34,904 nucleotides of DNA, taken from Perkinsus olseni. Taxonomy: Eukaryota. Numbering within the stretch: the stretch's first letter is position 1; each line of letters starts with the position of its first letter. Below the pieces are notes generated by a model, which was not told the DNA's origin, ran no database searches, and saw only the letters and a program-made list of their open reading frames with translations. This document shows, one piece after another, positions 10,938 to 23,900 of this stretch. The position numbers were made by a program, and so were the translations under genes. The stretch is from the NCBI GenBank assembly GCA_013115125.1, contig JABANN010000366.1:1-34904 (forward strand). The letters run 5' to 3'.

Positions 10938-11255
10938 ATGATTTCAACAACATTGAAACCTCCGCCCTCGGCTATCACTGAATCAATTCAATCATCCTCG
11001 GTCGCAGTCGAGATCGGCACGACGTCCCATTTCGCCCGCGCGAGTGACGAGGACATGTTCAGCAGCGTCGCGGGCTCCGCTCTGGGTAACGGTCTCCAGA
11101 CGATGCCTTCTACGCCCGACCCAGCAGACAACTCCGCCTCGCCGATTCCTCGAAGCGGCGGTACATCTCATCGGAGGAAGAAGAATAAGGCCTCATTTAC
11201 GGCCAAGTGGCTGTCCTGTTTTGCGTGCCACAGCAGCGCTGCGCCCGCTGAGTAA
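10938..11255 (+). CDS. Small Ser/Pro-rich hypothetical protein with C-terminal polybasic and Cys motif (RRKKNK...WLSCFAC)
   Basis: ATG directly after a pyrimidine-rich CTTTCAG acceptor; 105-aa open frame. It could be the last exon of a longer gene. Confidence 0.5.
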   Translation: MISTTLKPPPSAITESIQSSSVAVEIGTTSHFARASDEDMFSSVAGSALGNGLQTMPSTPDPADNSASPIPRSGGTSHRRKKNKASFTAKWLSCFACHSSAAPAE

Positions 11256-11857
11256 GATTTCCCATCTAGGTTGCTTGGGTGCATCGTATTTTTGTCAGTA
11301 TTGTGTCTCCGAGGAATAAGGCAGAAGGTGCTGGTCAGCAACCATCAACTTGAAAGCTCCCTCCCGAGAGAACACCATTCACGCTAGGTCTGCTGCGGTT
11401 TTTACGTGCTTTTCCTGCACCATAGCACCGCAAGAATGCCGTCCGTTGATACTTGAATATTTGTTCCAATGAGAGCGATCCGTGCAGCTTGACAGGCTTT
11501 GTTGGCCAATTCACGGGTGGGAGGCGGAGGTTGGGCTTTAGTGTTTTTCGATGAGATGCCGCGAAGTCAAGTGAGATCATTTCATAGCAGCTGTCCGAGC
11601 TGTAGGGGCCGCCCCTCCTCGAATGTTGAAGACGATTCCCGGACAGAGTGAGTTGCAACAAAAGAATTTTCAGGCCTGTTCGGATTTGTAGTGGGTGAAC
11701 AAGCGTATTTCTCAGGTTCGATTCATGCAGATCGCCAACATCGGTGGACTTCTACTCCGTGGGCTCTCTTACCAGCACTGAGGGGTGAGTTATACGGCAC
11801 TACACGTCCGTCTTTTCACCTCTTCCTAAATCTCGTGAACTGCTCTTGTTCATGTCA

Positions 11858-14370
11858 GAAGGTTTTGCTCGGTAGGTTCCGATCATGCGTTTCATCCATC
11901 GATGAATACGAGGAGGCTCAGTCATCAGTAGGCGAGCCTGCTAGGGAAGAGTTATTAACGGACAAACATGAGAAGACTGCCTCCGGGGTGAGGGGATAGG
12001 CATTTGAATTTATGGGCAGCCAGTAGCGACAGGCCGTTGAAACAACTGCGTAGCAACTTGCTCCACAGTTGGCTCAACAGCCTGTTGGACTTCCATGCGG
12101 TGACTGGCAATAGGGGCTGGTAGAGCTTGGATCGCTTCGTCTTGGCGGCCCAGAAGAGTACTCAGTCAGCAGCGAGAGAGATTCCCGTGGGGTTGAGATT
12201 CACGGAATACCGTGTGCATGTTGTAACAACATTGTTGTTTGTTTACTCGGAGCATCCTCCTCTGGCGGAGGTATGAACTTATTCCTTCCTCAGGCGGCGC
12301 TGTCGGAAGTTTCCACTACGGAGGGGTCTTTTCATGATTGGTCAAATAGTTTCACCCCGTTCACGAGAGGATGGGGTTTCCTAGCCTGCTGCTTTCCGAG
12401 CGCCTGCATCAGAACGACCGAAAACGAGGTGAGTCCTGAGCACATGGTAGGGTGCAATCTCATGCTCCTGCCAGGCCTCCACAGAGCTTAAGGTTCACTG
12501 AGCTGCGCTAATACACACTGAGAATTCTGCTTACCTTCTGATTACCCTGGTCCTTCTGGACCTCTTTGTCTTCATATACCGGTGTTCAGGCTCACTGCGG
12601 TTGAGTCCTCGCGTTGATGTTTATGTTTTGCTCGGAGCATTTACCATTGATAATTGCATTCGGATCTTGTTCTCCAGTGGTCAATGATTGCCCGTCAATC
12701 TTCGTTTCGAGGTCGACTCCCATACAGCCCGACTGGCCGTTGAAGGAAGCTCGACCGGCACTTGGCAAGCAGTAAGTCTCGGACCCTAGAATGATTAAGC
12801 CTCTCAGTACTTCGCGACTTTGTCGCTGTTCCTGTTCCGCCGCGGCTCAGGAGTCGGCTTCGCGAACTCGTCAAGTACCGAGTTCTGCTGTGCCTCAACT
12901 CCCAAGTAGATTAGATGAGCTCGATTCTACTCGACGGAGCACGGGTAGCCTCTTGCATACTGCGCGCAGGCAGGTCTTTTCGGATACAACCTGCCGACGG
13001 TCCTAAGGCATAGGGTTCGAGATGCACATCAACTTCGTCGCTACCGCCAACAAGAAGAGTGGTTGCTTCTACGAAGCATGGCGGGCGCGATCTCTAGCAT
13101 CTCCGTGTCTCTTCGCGAAGATAGTCGCGGTCAATGAGCTGTGATGCCATCAACCTGGAGCCAAAGCTCCTTCGAGCCAGAAGGGGTAGATATTCGCTCC
13201 GAAGTTCCGAGTCCGAAGGCCTGCGATAGAAAAATGCCACCGTCATGAGGACAGGACTCTTTAGCGGTTCTCTGATGTCTGCGCGACAGAGTCCGAACGG
13301 ACTCAGTCCGTTCCTTCAAGGATACTCCGACACAGCTTCCAGGGCGTCCAGAGTCTGGAGTCCAGACAGTTTGCGATGGGCATCAGATAGATTGTCTACC
13401 GTTCAGTCAACTGTCCTCTATTTTAATCCTCTTGGATTGGCTCATACCCCTCTTCGCGAGCAGCTACAAGTGCTTGAATGGAATCTCTGGCTGAGAGGTG
13501 GAATCGGTCTCAGAAAGGGGCAGAAATGCAGTATTCAAGTGCCTTTACTGGCCGCGTGCCGTTGACATGGTTGATGACCCCATGACCGAATTGATGGCGA
13601 GCCACTTTGAGAACTGGTCAGAGACACATATATCGAGATCTTCTTAGCTGGTGCGAGTGAGCGAGTGGCCGGGTTGAATCAGCGGAAGCCATCGAGCTAT
13701 GTTAGATATGCTGCGCAAACGTGAAGGCTCATTAACAGACCTCACCTTGAAAGGATGGTGTGAGCTGGGGTGCGAGTCCGAGTCTCTAAGAGACTCAACT
13801 ACCGATATTATCTACACTCCAAAGCTTGAGCCCGATAATGGTCAACTATGGCTGAGAGGGTCCGTTCTTCCCGCTCGCGACCGTTTCCGATACCGGTGCG
13901 TACACATTTCCCTACGCTACCACAAAATTCAATTTCTACATCATCGGCATCAGTTACGAAGTCTGCTCGGGCCCATTTTGCGACAGGTGAGCTACTGTTC
14001 ACTGCACAGTGTAACATATCCGAGCACCGCATAACTAAGACAAGGACTCCTTAACGCAGTCTCATTCAGAGTCTGCTCTTCTTTGCCTCGCAGGCTCCCC
14101 AAGGCTTGAAGAGTGCCTACGCATGCGCTCCATCTACGTGGAGCACCCTACTGGCCGTCATCGAAGACCTCCCCGATATCAACTCCCTCACCAATTCAGC
14201 TCCCAATAATGACTAGAACAAGGGCCGCAACGATCTCAGATGAAGGATTTACATACATTTCACGTTTCTTAGCATTCCATCCTACTTTTGCTCCGAGTTG
14301 GTGGCTTCAACTTGAGAGTTTGGCGGATTACAGTACATGGGACGATCCGGTTCCCTTCGGGAGTCGTTGA
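11858..14370 (+). CDS. Multi-exon hypothetical protein; exon chain only partly resolved
   Basis: Protein-like segments bounded by splice signals, e.g. PLKQLRSNLLHSWLNSLLDFHA, AALSEVS...RTTENE|GTGAG, LRDFVAVPVPPRLRSRLRELVKYRVLLCLNSQ, AGLFGYNLPTVLRHRVRDAH. Boundaries are approximate. Confidence 0.4.
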
Positions 14371-14676
14371 GTGGATGAAATTCAGGCAACTCTCTTCCCC
14401 CGCCGAGCACTGGACGGTTTTCATTATCGTAGATACTACTGTAAAACGAGAAGTTGGATGGTGAAGAGTCCGAGGATTGGAGGCTTCAAGCATCCAAGAA
14501 CCGGCGCCCTTCGGAATAGCGTCTTCTTTAGGGTTGAAGTGACGTAGATGCCTGCGGCATGTTCATCACCTTCACAATCGCAGCATCAGCCTTTTTTCCA
14601 GATATTCGAGCGGTTAGTTATAGGTGTTTGGCGGAAGACTGTGGAGTCTAGTTAGCATCGTGATCTCTTCTTTACG

Positions 14677-17598
14677 ATGGATACGAAGAGACCACCAGCC
14701 GAGGAACAGAGTTCCACACGGTCTCCACCACACTTGCAGGATAATCTGATTGGGCTCAGCGAACAGCATATCTAGTTGAAGTCAATGTTGTGAGGACATT
14801 ATCCTCGGATCTAAGATTGGTCCGATCCGCGGGCCCTTCAGTTCTTCTCTATCGTTTTGCGTTGGAGGCTGGGTACGCTGCGAAGGTTTGCATTTTCGAA
14901 TCGATGGTGGATTGATGCCTGTTGTTGTCCCGGAATTATTTGTAGCCGCAAAGACCGTGACGCTACAGCAGAGAGAGATTCCACAGAAGCCTGTGGTGCT
15001 GGTGGGTAACGCAAGCTGCATCAAGGCCTCTGCTATGCGAACCCTCTTCAGCTACCTCCACTCCGAGTCACGGCAACTGCTACAACCTTTGACGACTATG
15101 GTAAGGCGCAAACAGTGATGGATGTACCATTCCCTCTCGCCGGTTTAAAAATTTCCCAATCCGAGTTTTCTAGGCCAAAGCTCCTGTGGTTGATACGACG
15201 CCAAGTGTGCCTCGGAAGCGGTCGAGATCTCAACCAGTCGTCAGACGGCGGCGGCGAAGGACAGTTCCGCTATTTGAACCGCTGGAGTTGTCCCCACTAC
15301 CACCAAGACGCCCAGAGCTGCCGCCCGAAGCTCGAGGGAGCGGGGCTAATCCCCGATGCCGTGCTGATGATGATGCTTCTGAGGACACGTGCTTCACTGC
15401 TAAGCCTCCTGTGCCGAGGTTTCCGAAGAAACTTAATATTGCTGGGAGCGTCCATTGTGACGTGGAAGAAAGACTCGCCCGTCGTCGGTCTCCCTCTCGA
15501 AAGGTAAGGAGAACCTGCTAAGGGGCGTATCCATCGGGACATGTCCGCTGCTGTTTTGTGTCCTGGTTTAAAGCTCTCAGTTTACCCTCCACGACGCGCA
15601 GGCAGCACGGCGCGCTCCCGTACGTGAAATTGGGTCTTGGAAGCACACTCTTGAACCTCTCGAAATATCCCCAGCTAGGGAAAGGAGGACATTCTCATTG
15701 CCACCCATACCTGTTGCGGCACGGATCTCTCCTGCGGCCGTCGAAAAGCGGAAACGAGAGGCGGATGAAGAAGTGGGACGTGCCTCTTCTTAGCTTCATA
15801 CCATCCACTAGCATTTTCCAGCCAGCCAGGAGGTTACGGCAAGCTTCTTGCCTCAGAAGGCTGTGTCGAAGGCAGCCGCTGTATCGCACCGGTATTTTAC
15901 GTTCGCGTTCACGAAGACGGCAGACGGTCGGAAGGTTCCCTTGGAGAACAGGTTAGTACTGCTTGCCCGCCAGTGTTTGCGAGAACTCCGATCATTCAAG
16001 CGGAAGGATTCGCTCATGGCCTTGATGATCTCTGAACCTGTACCTCGAATACCGTTGTCGAACCCAGACAGCACGTTCATCAGGCTTCTGTGATGCAGGC
16101 ACAGAGTCGTCCTCAAACTTCATCAGCTCAATACGGATGTCGCTATGCCAATCGCCAAGCGCTTCAACTTACGGTGAGGCCTCTTACAGTATCTCGAGGG
16201 GATGGTGCTACACAGGGCGGAGCGCTCTTTTAGTGTAGCTGATGCGCACTGGTGAATGGACTGTGGCGCCGAGTAGGCCGAGCTGGGTACATGACCAAGC
16301 AAAAATTCCCGCTGAGCTTCTTCTTTCTTCTTGATCGAACGAACCAGTGAGATCGAATTGTGACTTACCAGGAAGGTTAAAGGCTGATAGGCGTAGCGAA
16401 GTCTCCCGGGGACGTATTTGCCTCTTTTATGATCCAAGGTACTCTTATCTGTCGGAACAACCACCGGATGCGAGGAAGGCCGGGGTAACAATCCGGGAAG
16501 TATCTCGGAAGCCCAAGCAGCAGCAGCAGCAGCCGGAGACCGAGGAAGGAAGCAAAGTGTGGTCTGGCCGGCGGCGTTGACGGATCAAGTCACGCATCGG
16601 TCCTTCAGAATACCGGCCGTAGGAGGCGGAGCGATGCAGCTAGTATTAGCAAAGTTGTTGTCGAGGAGGACGAGGGGCCCAAGTGAGAAGCATCGCTGTT
16701 CGTCTTCACCGTACCATTCAGTGACTTGACTCGCACTGAGCAGAAAAGCCCGTAGACCTAATTTACCCCATGGACTTCTCAGTTCTGTGCCATGTTGGTC
16801 CACTCGCGCTCGCAGATACTTGAATCACATAAGAGTTCGCATTCGGCCGATGGTCCGTCCAGAACTGGGAGAGCCCCTGCTCTCCGACTCCACGCTCATG
16901 GCTGTACTCTTCCACGAGCTAGCTCATATAAGGTATATGAACCACGGATTAGGGTAAGGCATTGGCCCTGGCATCATTCCCATCACTAGTAACTCCTAAG
17001 TCCACCATGCTACTCGCAAGCGGAGCGATGCGCACGCTCAGGCCGTTTGACTACCAAAATCCCTCGAAAAAGTTCAAAGGGCCATCAGGAGCCCCGTTGG
17101 CGATGGTTCTTCGTACGGTCGGTCGTAGGCCAGCGTGTTTCGTGGGATCTTGGGTCCACATTCGCTTGAGTAGAACTGTGGTGGTGAACGGACGGACAGT
17201 CGTGTCGCAGCAGATGCCCCTCAACGGGTTGACCTGGATCATCCAGGCTGGATGGGTTGCTCTTCGTTTACGTTCATGAGGTTCATGCGGTTTCTGAGGG
17301 AAGTGTACCTCTACGCCACTGACGAGCTCAAGATTTTTCATGTGGGAGAGCCCAACGAGTTGCCCAGCCCATGGTCTTGGGAGGTGAGAATGAGCTCACT
17401 TCTTTTTTTCTGGCGAGCCTGTCTCTTCAGCGACGTATTTACGAGACTGGTGGCCGTGTGAGCGAGGGAGAGCTGCTCAGGGAGTTCGGAAGGAGATCCA
17501 CCGAGGGCCCTCCACAGGCCCAAAACCTTGAAAATGCTCCCGCGGAGGCCGACAATGAGATCTCCGTTACCTGTTTCAACTCTTCGGGCCGCTGCTGA
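14677..17598 (+). CDS. Multi-exon basic, Pro/Arg-rich hypothetical protein (NLS-like RKRSR, RRRRRR)
   Basis: Starts MDTKRPPAEEQ. Exon-like segments include ELFVAAKTVTLQQREIPQK, ORF 15186, PKQQQQQPE, FMRFLREVYLYATDELKIF and a final RRIYETGGRV...SSGRC*. It may be more than one gene. Confidence 0.45.
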
Positions 17599-17910
17599 CG
17601 AGCGTCGCCAAGCATGACACCGCTCCGCTGCCATATTGCGATGTCTCTCGTGTGCTCGAGGTGTCTTGTTGCTGTGTGAATCGTCGCGGTTGAGCGGAGC
17701 GAAGTGAACGAGATAATTTCTCGTCATTGATCGGCTTGCCAAGAGAAGCTACCACAGCTTGCGCTGACTGGGCATGGACACTCTCGGTCTATTCAGGTCC
17801 CAAAGATTCCTCCGTACAGGAGTCTTGGTGGTATCGATTAGTTGAATGAAGCCTCACGATCACCAGTACCTCTTTTCTCTATTGTTCCTTCAACTGTATC
17901 ACGACTCGAC

Positions 17911-20900
17911 ATGAGGAGGTATCTCCTCCCCATTGTTGTTATACCTACTGTGATGAGCGCGATAACGCCGGCAGTTCCAGAGCCACCTCGACTCGTGGTG
18001 TCCTCTCCCGGTGAGAGGGGCCTTCTCACCGAAGTCCACGCTGTGCTTCTTTGGGAGAGGCCGCGGTGCACCTCTGAGCATTACGACCTTGGTTAGTAGC
18101 AACAAAGGTGTATTAGTTTTCTGGGCTGGGCATTCGAATGCTGTAGTCATACCGATATGACCGGAACGATGATGAAGAACTTCGGTCCGATGGACTTACC
18201 ACTGCTCGAGGTCGATGGGAATCACATCTAGGTCTCCAGAAGCGAGCATAGATCCTAAGTCCCCGTCTTTTGATGCATACCCCTATTTGAAAATAATCCC
18301 GCTGGAACGATCTCTCACTTTCGCGTACCGGTTTCATACTCCCTGGCTGGTTATCCGGCGCTCAACTCTACCGTGGTCAGGTAAGATAACGTTCATGACG
18401 CCACCACTGCCAGATCATGCCGTTCAAATTGAAGTGCTCTCTAACGACTGTGCAGACGGAGAACTTTTCCGACCGGTGTAGGTCGGGCAACTGCACGCCC
18501 TTCTGCTCAGTAATGCCCTTGAGGCCTCTGTGTCGTTATGGTCTCGTTGAGACCTCGATAGCACATACCTAGTATAGGTTATTCTAACAATAGTATAACA
18601 TCCACATTGGCATTTTGTCTTGGTTGTGGCAAGGTTCCCTGGAGTACATAGCGTTGGCGGGATATTGTACCGAATGTTCAATAGACTGCTGCCTCTCCTC
18701 AGCTTCAAGAGCGCTTTTAGGGTCGGCTTTCACGCTTTAAATTCAGTCCTGGTAGCTCTGCTGGGACTCAGCAGAGGCAGTCCATTGAACATCCCATAAA
18801 ATCTGATTTTAATATCATAAAATTGATAATGTATATTCTCTGACTACCGGAGGGAGCTATACTGTACACGTCTTAGGCTGGAATTGGTTCAGGTATACTG
18901 GTGAGTCGAATGTCGAGTACACCGTGGGAAGCCTGCCGACCAACGCACTTTGCCGAATGAAGTCCCGAGCTGTAGGGCTGGACGACGATGGACTCACGCC
19001 ACTGTAGGCCCGCTGAGAAGAACACAGCTATTTCAGTTTGACGAGTAGATACAGCACGAACAGCTTCGAAGTGAGCTTCATAGCAGCCTCGGTGCCTCAG
19101 TGGGGGACCATTGAGGTGAATCGAACCCGTATGGGTACGGACGCTGTGTTGTTGGGTTGGGAGGAGCCAGACAACGGAGGCAGCCCGATACACACATACA
19201 AGCTGTAAAGCCGCTATGGTCGGGCGTACGAAGAGTCACAGTTTGCTAGGTATGTCGATGAGGGTGGCACCGGCAACTACGACCTGATTTACGACGGCAC
19301 GGGCTACCCTACCGTACGCGAGTATTTAGTCACGGAATTGAGGTGAGGGTCGGATGGCCTTCACGAGGCCTAGGCTTCACCGTTGAACCGCGGAACATGC
19401 CCACCTCGCCACAACAGTCACTCTTCTTTTCAATCCACACAAGTGGTTTCATCACTCACAGGGAACTCTTTCCCTGGTGGCGCCTGAGGTGTCTGGCGGC
19501 GCGATCGTACCTCTGCTGTCAGGCCGGACCTCACCTACAGCTTCCGCATCTACGCTGCCAATAGCGTAGGGACGTCGAAGCATCTCCAGTCGACCTACAC
19601 CTCTCAATTGGAGGCTGCTGTGGATCGGAGCTACCTAACAGGAGGGTCGTACACCTTCCCACTGGACCTCACGGCGGGAGTCGCTTATTCAGATCTCCGC
19701 ATACAGGTGAACGGGCCATGCACCTCGCTTTCGTCACGATCGTCGTGGTCGGAACCTGGGGCTTTTCGCTGAGCTCAGGCCGTCCATCCGGTCACAGGGA
19801 TGCCGGAGTATCTCGGTGGAGACTGTCTGGTCAGCCAGGACTTCAACTGTCTGTCGGGTCAGAACGACTCCCGTATCAGCTCCGCTATGGACCGATCATG
19901 CCAGGCCGAATGTTTGTGACCTACCTCGAGCCGGTGTGTGAGTTGGATACGGCCAAGTCGCTGTGCACGCCCGTATCGGAGGCCAACCCGAGGTGCGGAG
20001 TCCGCGACTCTGAACGCGCTCATTTGAGCCCTCTCTAGCTGGAGCTACCCTCTCCATGATACCGAGGAGACGCCCCTATGGCGGCGTCCAGTACGAGGCA
20101 CCGACTTGGGCACTGGCCAATACGACCTCAGTGTCACTGGTGAGTGGTTGATATCGGTGTACGCTGGAAGCCCTATCAGGTTATCACGCCGGGAATTACT
20201 CCCTCATCCTTCGCGCTGTGTGGCAGTACGGTCTACTCGGCCAGTACTGGGACAACTCGGTGTACCTGGGAGCACCGGTAGAGTCGAGGATCGACCCCGT
20301 CCTGGACTTCGACTGGGTCTCCGGCCCTGTTGCGGGGTGGTCTACGGACTTTGTGTCAGCCAGGTGAGCTCGACGGAGAGAAGCATGCCTTAGGGGGTCT
20401 TCTTATCAGGTGGACGGGTTTCGTCCAGCCTCCGCATAACGATACTTACAACTTCTACTGCGAGATTGCTGATACCAATGACAACTGTCGCATCTGGGTT
20501 GATGGTGTGTTGATTGTGGAGCGATGGTCCGAGGATGGCGACCAAGCTGACGAACTCGAGACGGCTGTGAGGTCTTCGACTCTCCCGCTCACCGCTCTAC
20601 TTCACTTTGACAGACACCGCTCTCGTGGGGAAGAGTTGATGTGTTCCGTCGTGACGGTCGGCGGAACAACATCCCCTTAAAGGCTGACGAGCTCTACACC
20701 ATCCGAGTTGACTTCCGAGAGCGCATCGATGCGGCGTCCATCAGGCTCCTCTGGAGCAGCAGCTATTGGCAACCCAAGGACGTGGTGAGCAGCAGGTGAG
20801 GCTCAGTCTCGCCCAGCAGACGCGTCCCCTACTACGAGTGCAGGTATCTTTGGCGTGGAGCTTTCGTCCAAGGTGCGCCGTTCCCTGTGGTTGTGCGGCC

Positions 20901-23900
20901 TGGTGAACCTTTCGGCCCCACGAGCGTCGTGCTAACTGGCGTCTCGGATCTGACGAAGCCTGTCGCCTCAAGCCAGACTACGCTGTACGTGCAAACCCGT
21001 GATGTAGCTGGTAACGATTGCGACGCCTTCTACCCGGATACGGTGGTCTTGGCTTCCCTGACTCCAATAGACGCCGACAGTCCCTGTCGCAGCTCTCCTC
21101 TTGGTGTGATGGGAGAGCCTATGACGAGTGCCGCAGGGACCACGGGGGTGTATGTGATTCATGCTGTGCTAGAAGGCTGTGGGGCGCACAATCTGAGTGT
21201 GACTGTTAACAGCCTTCATGTGGAGGGCTCGCCCTTTTCTATTGATATCCAAAGAGGGCCAGTGGCGGCCTTCCAAGTCGTCGCCAACGGGACGGCGACA
21301 ACGAAGAAGTACGAAGTCGGCAGGCGATCGTATGTCGACCTTCTTCTACGTGACGCCCTCGGCAATCCCACAACTGCTCAGGGCTTCGACCCCAGGCGGG
21401 ATCTCGAAGTTCGACTCACGTGGCTCTCACCTTATGACCGTTTGGATGAGCACCTGGAGCTGCCAACCCCACCGCCTGGTGGGGCCAGCCCTTGTAGCGA
21501 CTTGACGGTGAATGACTGGCGTACTCGATGCGGCGGCTTCGAGTTCTTGGACGACTTCCTCTATCTGTCCAACATCTTCCCAGTCTCGATTGAGCCAGAA
21601 GTTGAGTCCATTGATGGGCCCTTGGGCCTGGTCCGCCTGGCCTTCACCGCCTTCCGGGCCGGCCCGAGCAACTGGTCTATATCGATTAACGGGACACGTA
21701 TCCGAGGACCCCTGTCGAGCCCTGACGTTGGTAGATCAGGGCCGCTGGAGACTTTGGAGCAGCGCGAGAAACACCGCTGGTATGCTTGGGGCGTGGCTGG
21801 GAGCAAGGCGTATGGTCCGATGAGCATCATTCGCTACACCGACCTCCACTACCTGAGGGCGAATCCTATCTTGGCCAATGAAACGAACATTACTATGACG
21901 CTGTTGCTCCGCGATCGTTTTGGCAACGTCATCTCCACGAACACGGGGCAGTGGGTAACCATCAGAGTTGGGACTTCGGTGGGGGTTGCCGATGAAAGAT
22001 GCTCCTATTCGGGCGCGGGGCAGTTCTTCTGCAGTATCATCCCCGCCGTAGCTGGGGCCTCCGAGGACCTCAGTGTGGACGTCGATGGTCTGCCGGCTGG
22101 CGTTGTGATGGGCGACGTGCCTGTTGGAGACCAATGCTACGGACCTCAACCTTGCGTGGTTGAGGAAGGGCGGCAGGTGGCCGCCGCTGCTGGCTCGAGC
22201 GCCACCTGTGACTGTCGACAGGAGCTGGTCTCGGGTGAGCTCTGTCGACATGGTCGCTCGGGCCAGTGTAGTTCTCTCAGGCCCCCACTCGATCACAGTG
22301 CGTCCGTCGATGCCTCGAGGGCACCACACCACCGTGGAATGCTCCTATTGCTTCACTTATCGAGGCAGCTTGGTGGGCATGGGGAGAGTCGTCCCCGCAG
22401 AGCTGCCTTTGAAAGTTCAGATCGCGGGAGGAGGCCCGTACGAGGCGCTTGTCACCCTGCGGGACTCGGCGGGTAATGTGGTCACCGACCCTGAAGAGTA
22501 CATATCACAGAGCATACCCTTCGAGAGCCGTGTTAAAGTAAGCTGGTGGTCTCGTCTTGTTCAGCCCCATTGTTCATTTCTAGGTAAGAGCGCGCATAGG
22601 AGAGGTCTGGATGGAGGACGAGGTTATCAACAGCAATGGAAGTGTGACGGTTAAGGTTACCTACCCAGTCGCAGGTAACGCCGGTGGTTGACCGCTTAGA
22701 CGATACTCCGATGGAGGCCCCAGGCTTGCTCGCAGTCGCGGATTTACCTCTCGGATAGTAGTACTGACCTCCATGCTTTCCTTGGGCTGCAGGCATCGAC
22801 AGGCTGCGAGTTTTCGTCGGAGTCGGTTGTCGGACGCTGAGCGAGCAGAGTAGTCGTCGTGTCGATTCGGACGTCTGTGAGGAGGTGAGTGAACCTTTTT
22901 CCTGCGTCCCTTCGGGGGGGGGAGTTCTCGTTGTCTCGTATCACGGCTTGGCTCCTGCGCAGAGACGTTCTCATTCACGTAGGTTAGGAACTCACCTAGC
23001 GAGCCACTAACCTTCCACCCCTCAACGCCCTCTCCATTGGGCTCGGATTGTCAAATACCAGCCAACAGCGTGAGGCGAACAGCATGCCTACTGCCTGTAC
23101 TCCGGTTTGACAGATCCTCCCACCTCGGGCAGACGAGGATTTCATCGTTACATGCTCTCCTCGTGATGCCCATGGGAACCAAGTGTCCGATCCTGCGGCT
23201 GATGACCAGCACTATTTGGTCACGATGGATGGTAAGAATTTCTTACTGTACAAGGGGTTGCTTACTGAGAAACCTCTTGCTTCATTCCTGTGTGGTGATG
23301 CTCTTGCTGGCCATGCGGGAGAAGTCCCTGGTCATCTGATCGTCATTGGCGCTCCCTTCCAGGTCCCCCGCCACCAACCGGGGGAGGTTCAAGTCGCATA
23401 TCATCGTGGCTCCGATACGACGCATCGAGTGGCGTGTACGGTTGCTGCAGCAACCGGAGGAGGCGTCGGGAGCGTACTGATCTGCCTTAGTTACACGAAC
23501 AGCCGGGAGGATGTATCTGATGTTACCACTGAAACCCTTCGTCCACTAGGCGCAGGAACCTGGAACGTTGTGGTGAGTTGTGCAGTTCTCAGGCGCCCGA
23601 GTTGGGGTTTTCATGATGCATTACATCGCCGGGGTAGTCTAGTGGTTATGACGTCTGCCTTACACGCAGAAGGTCGCGAGTTCGATCCTCGCCTCTGGTA
23701 TATCGTTCAACACTGATTGATTTAGTGTGTTATGACGTTACGAGCCTTGTGTCTCTTCGATCCTTCTTTATACCTCAGGTCACGCAAGTTATACCAGGAG
23801 GCTCATTGGTTACGATATACTCCACAGCAGAAGGAGGCAGTAGCGGCCCGATTGACGCCTCCCATTCTAGTTATGATCTCGACGAGCAATTCATGTACGA

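Noticed and set aside
12271-12293. Apparent 23-nt ultra-short intron
   Set aside because: An upstream GT donor at 12187 with the same phase gives an ordinary ~107-nt intron.
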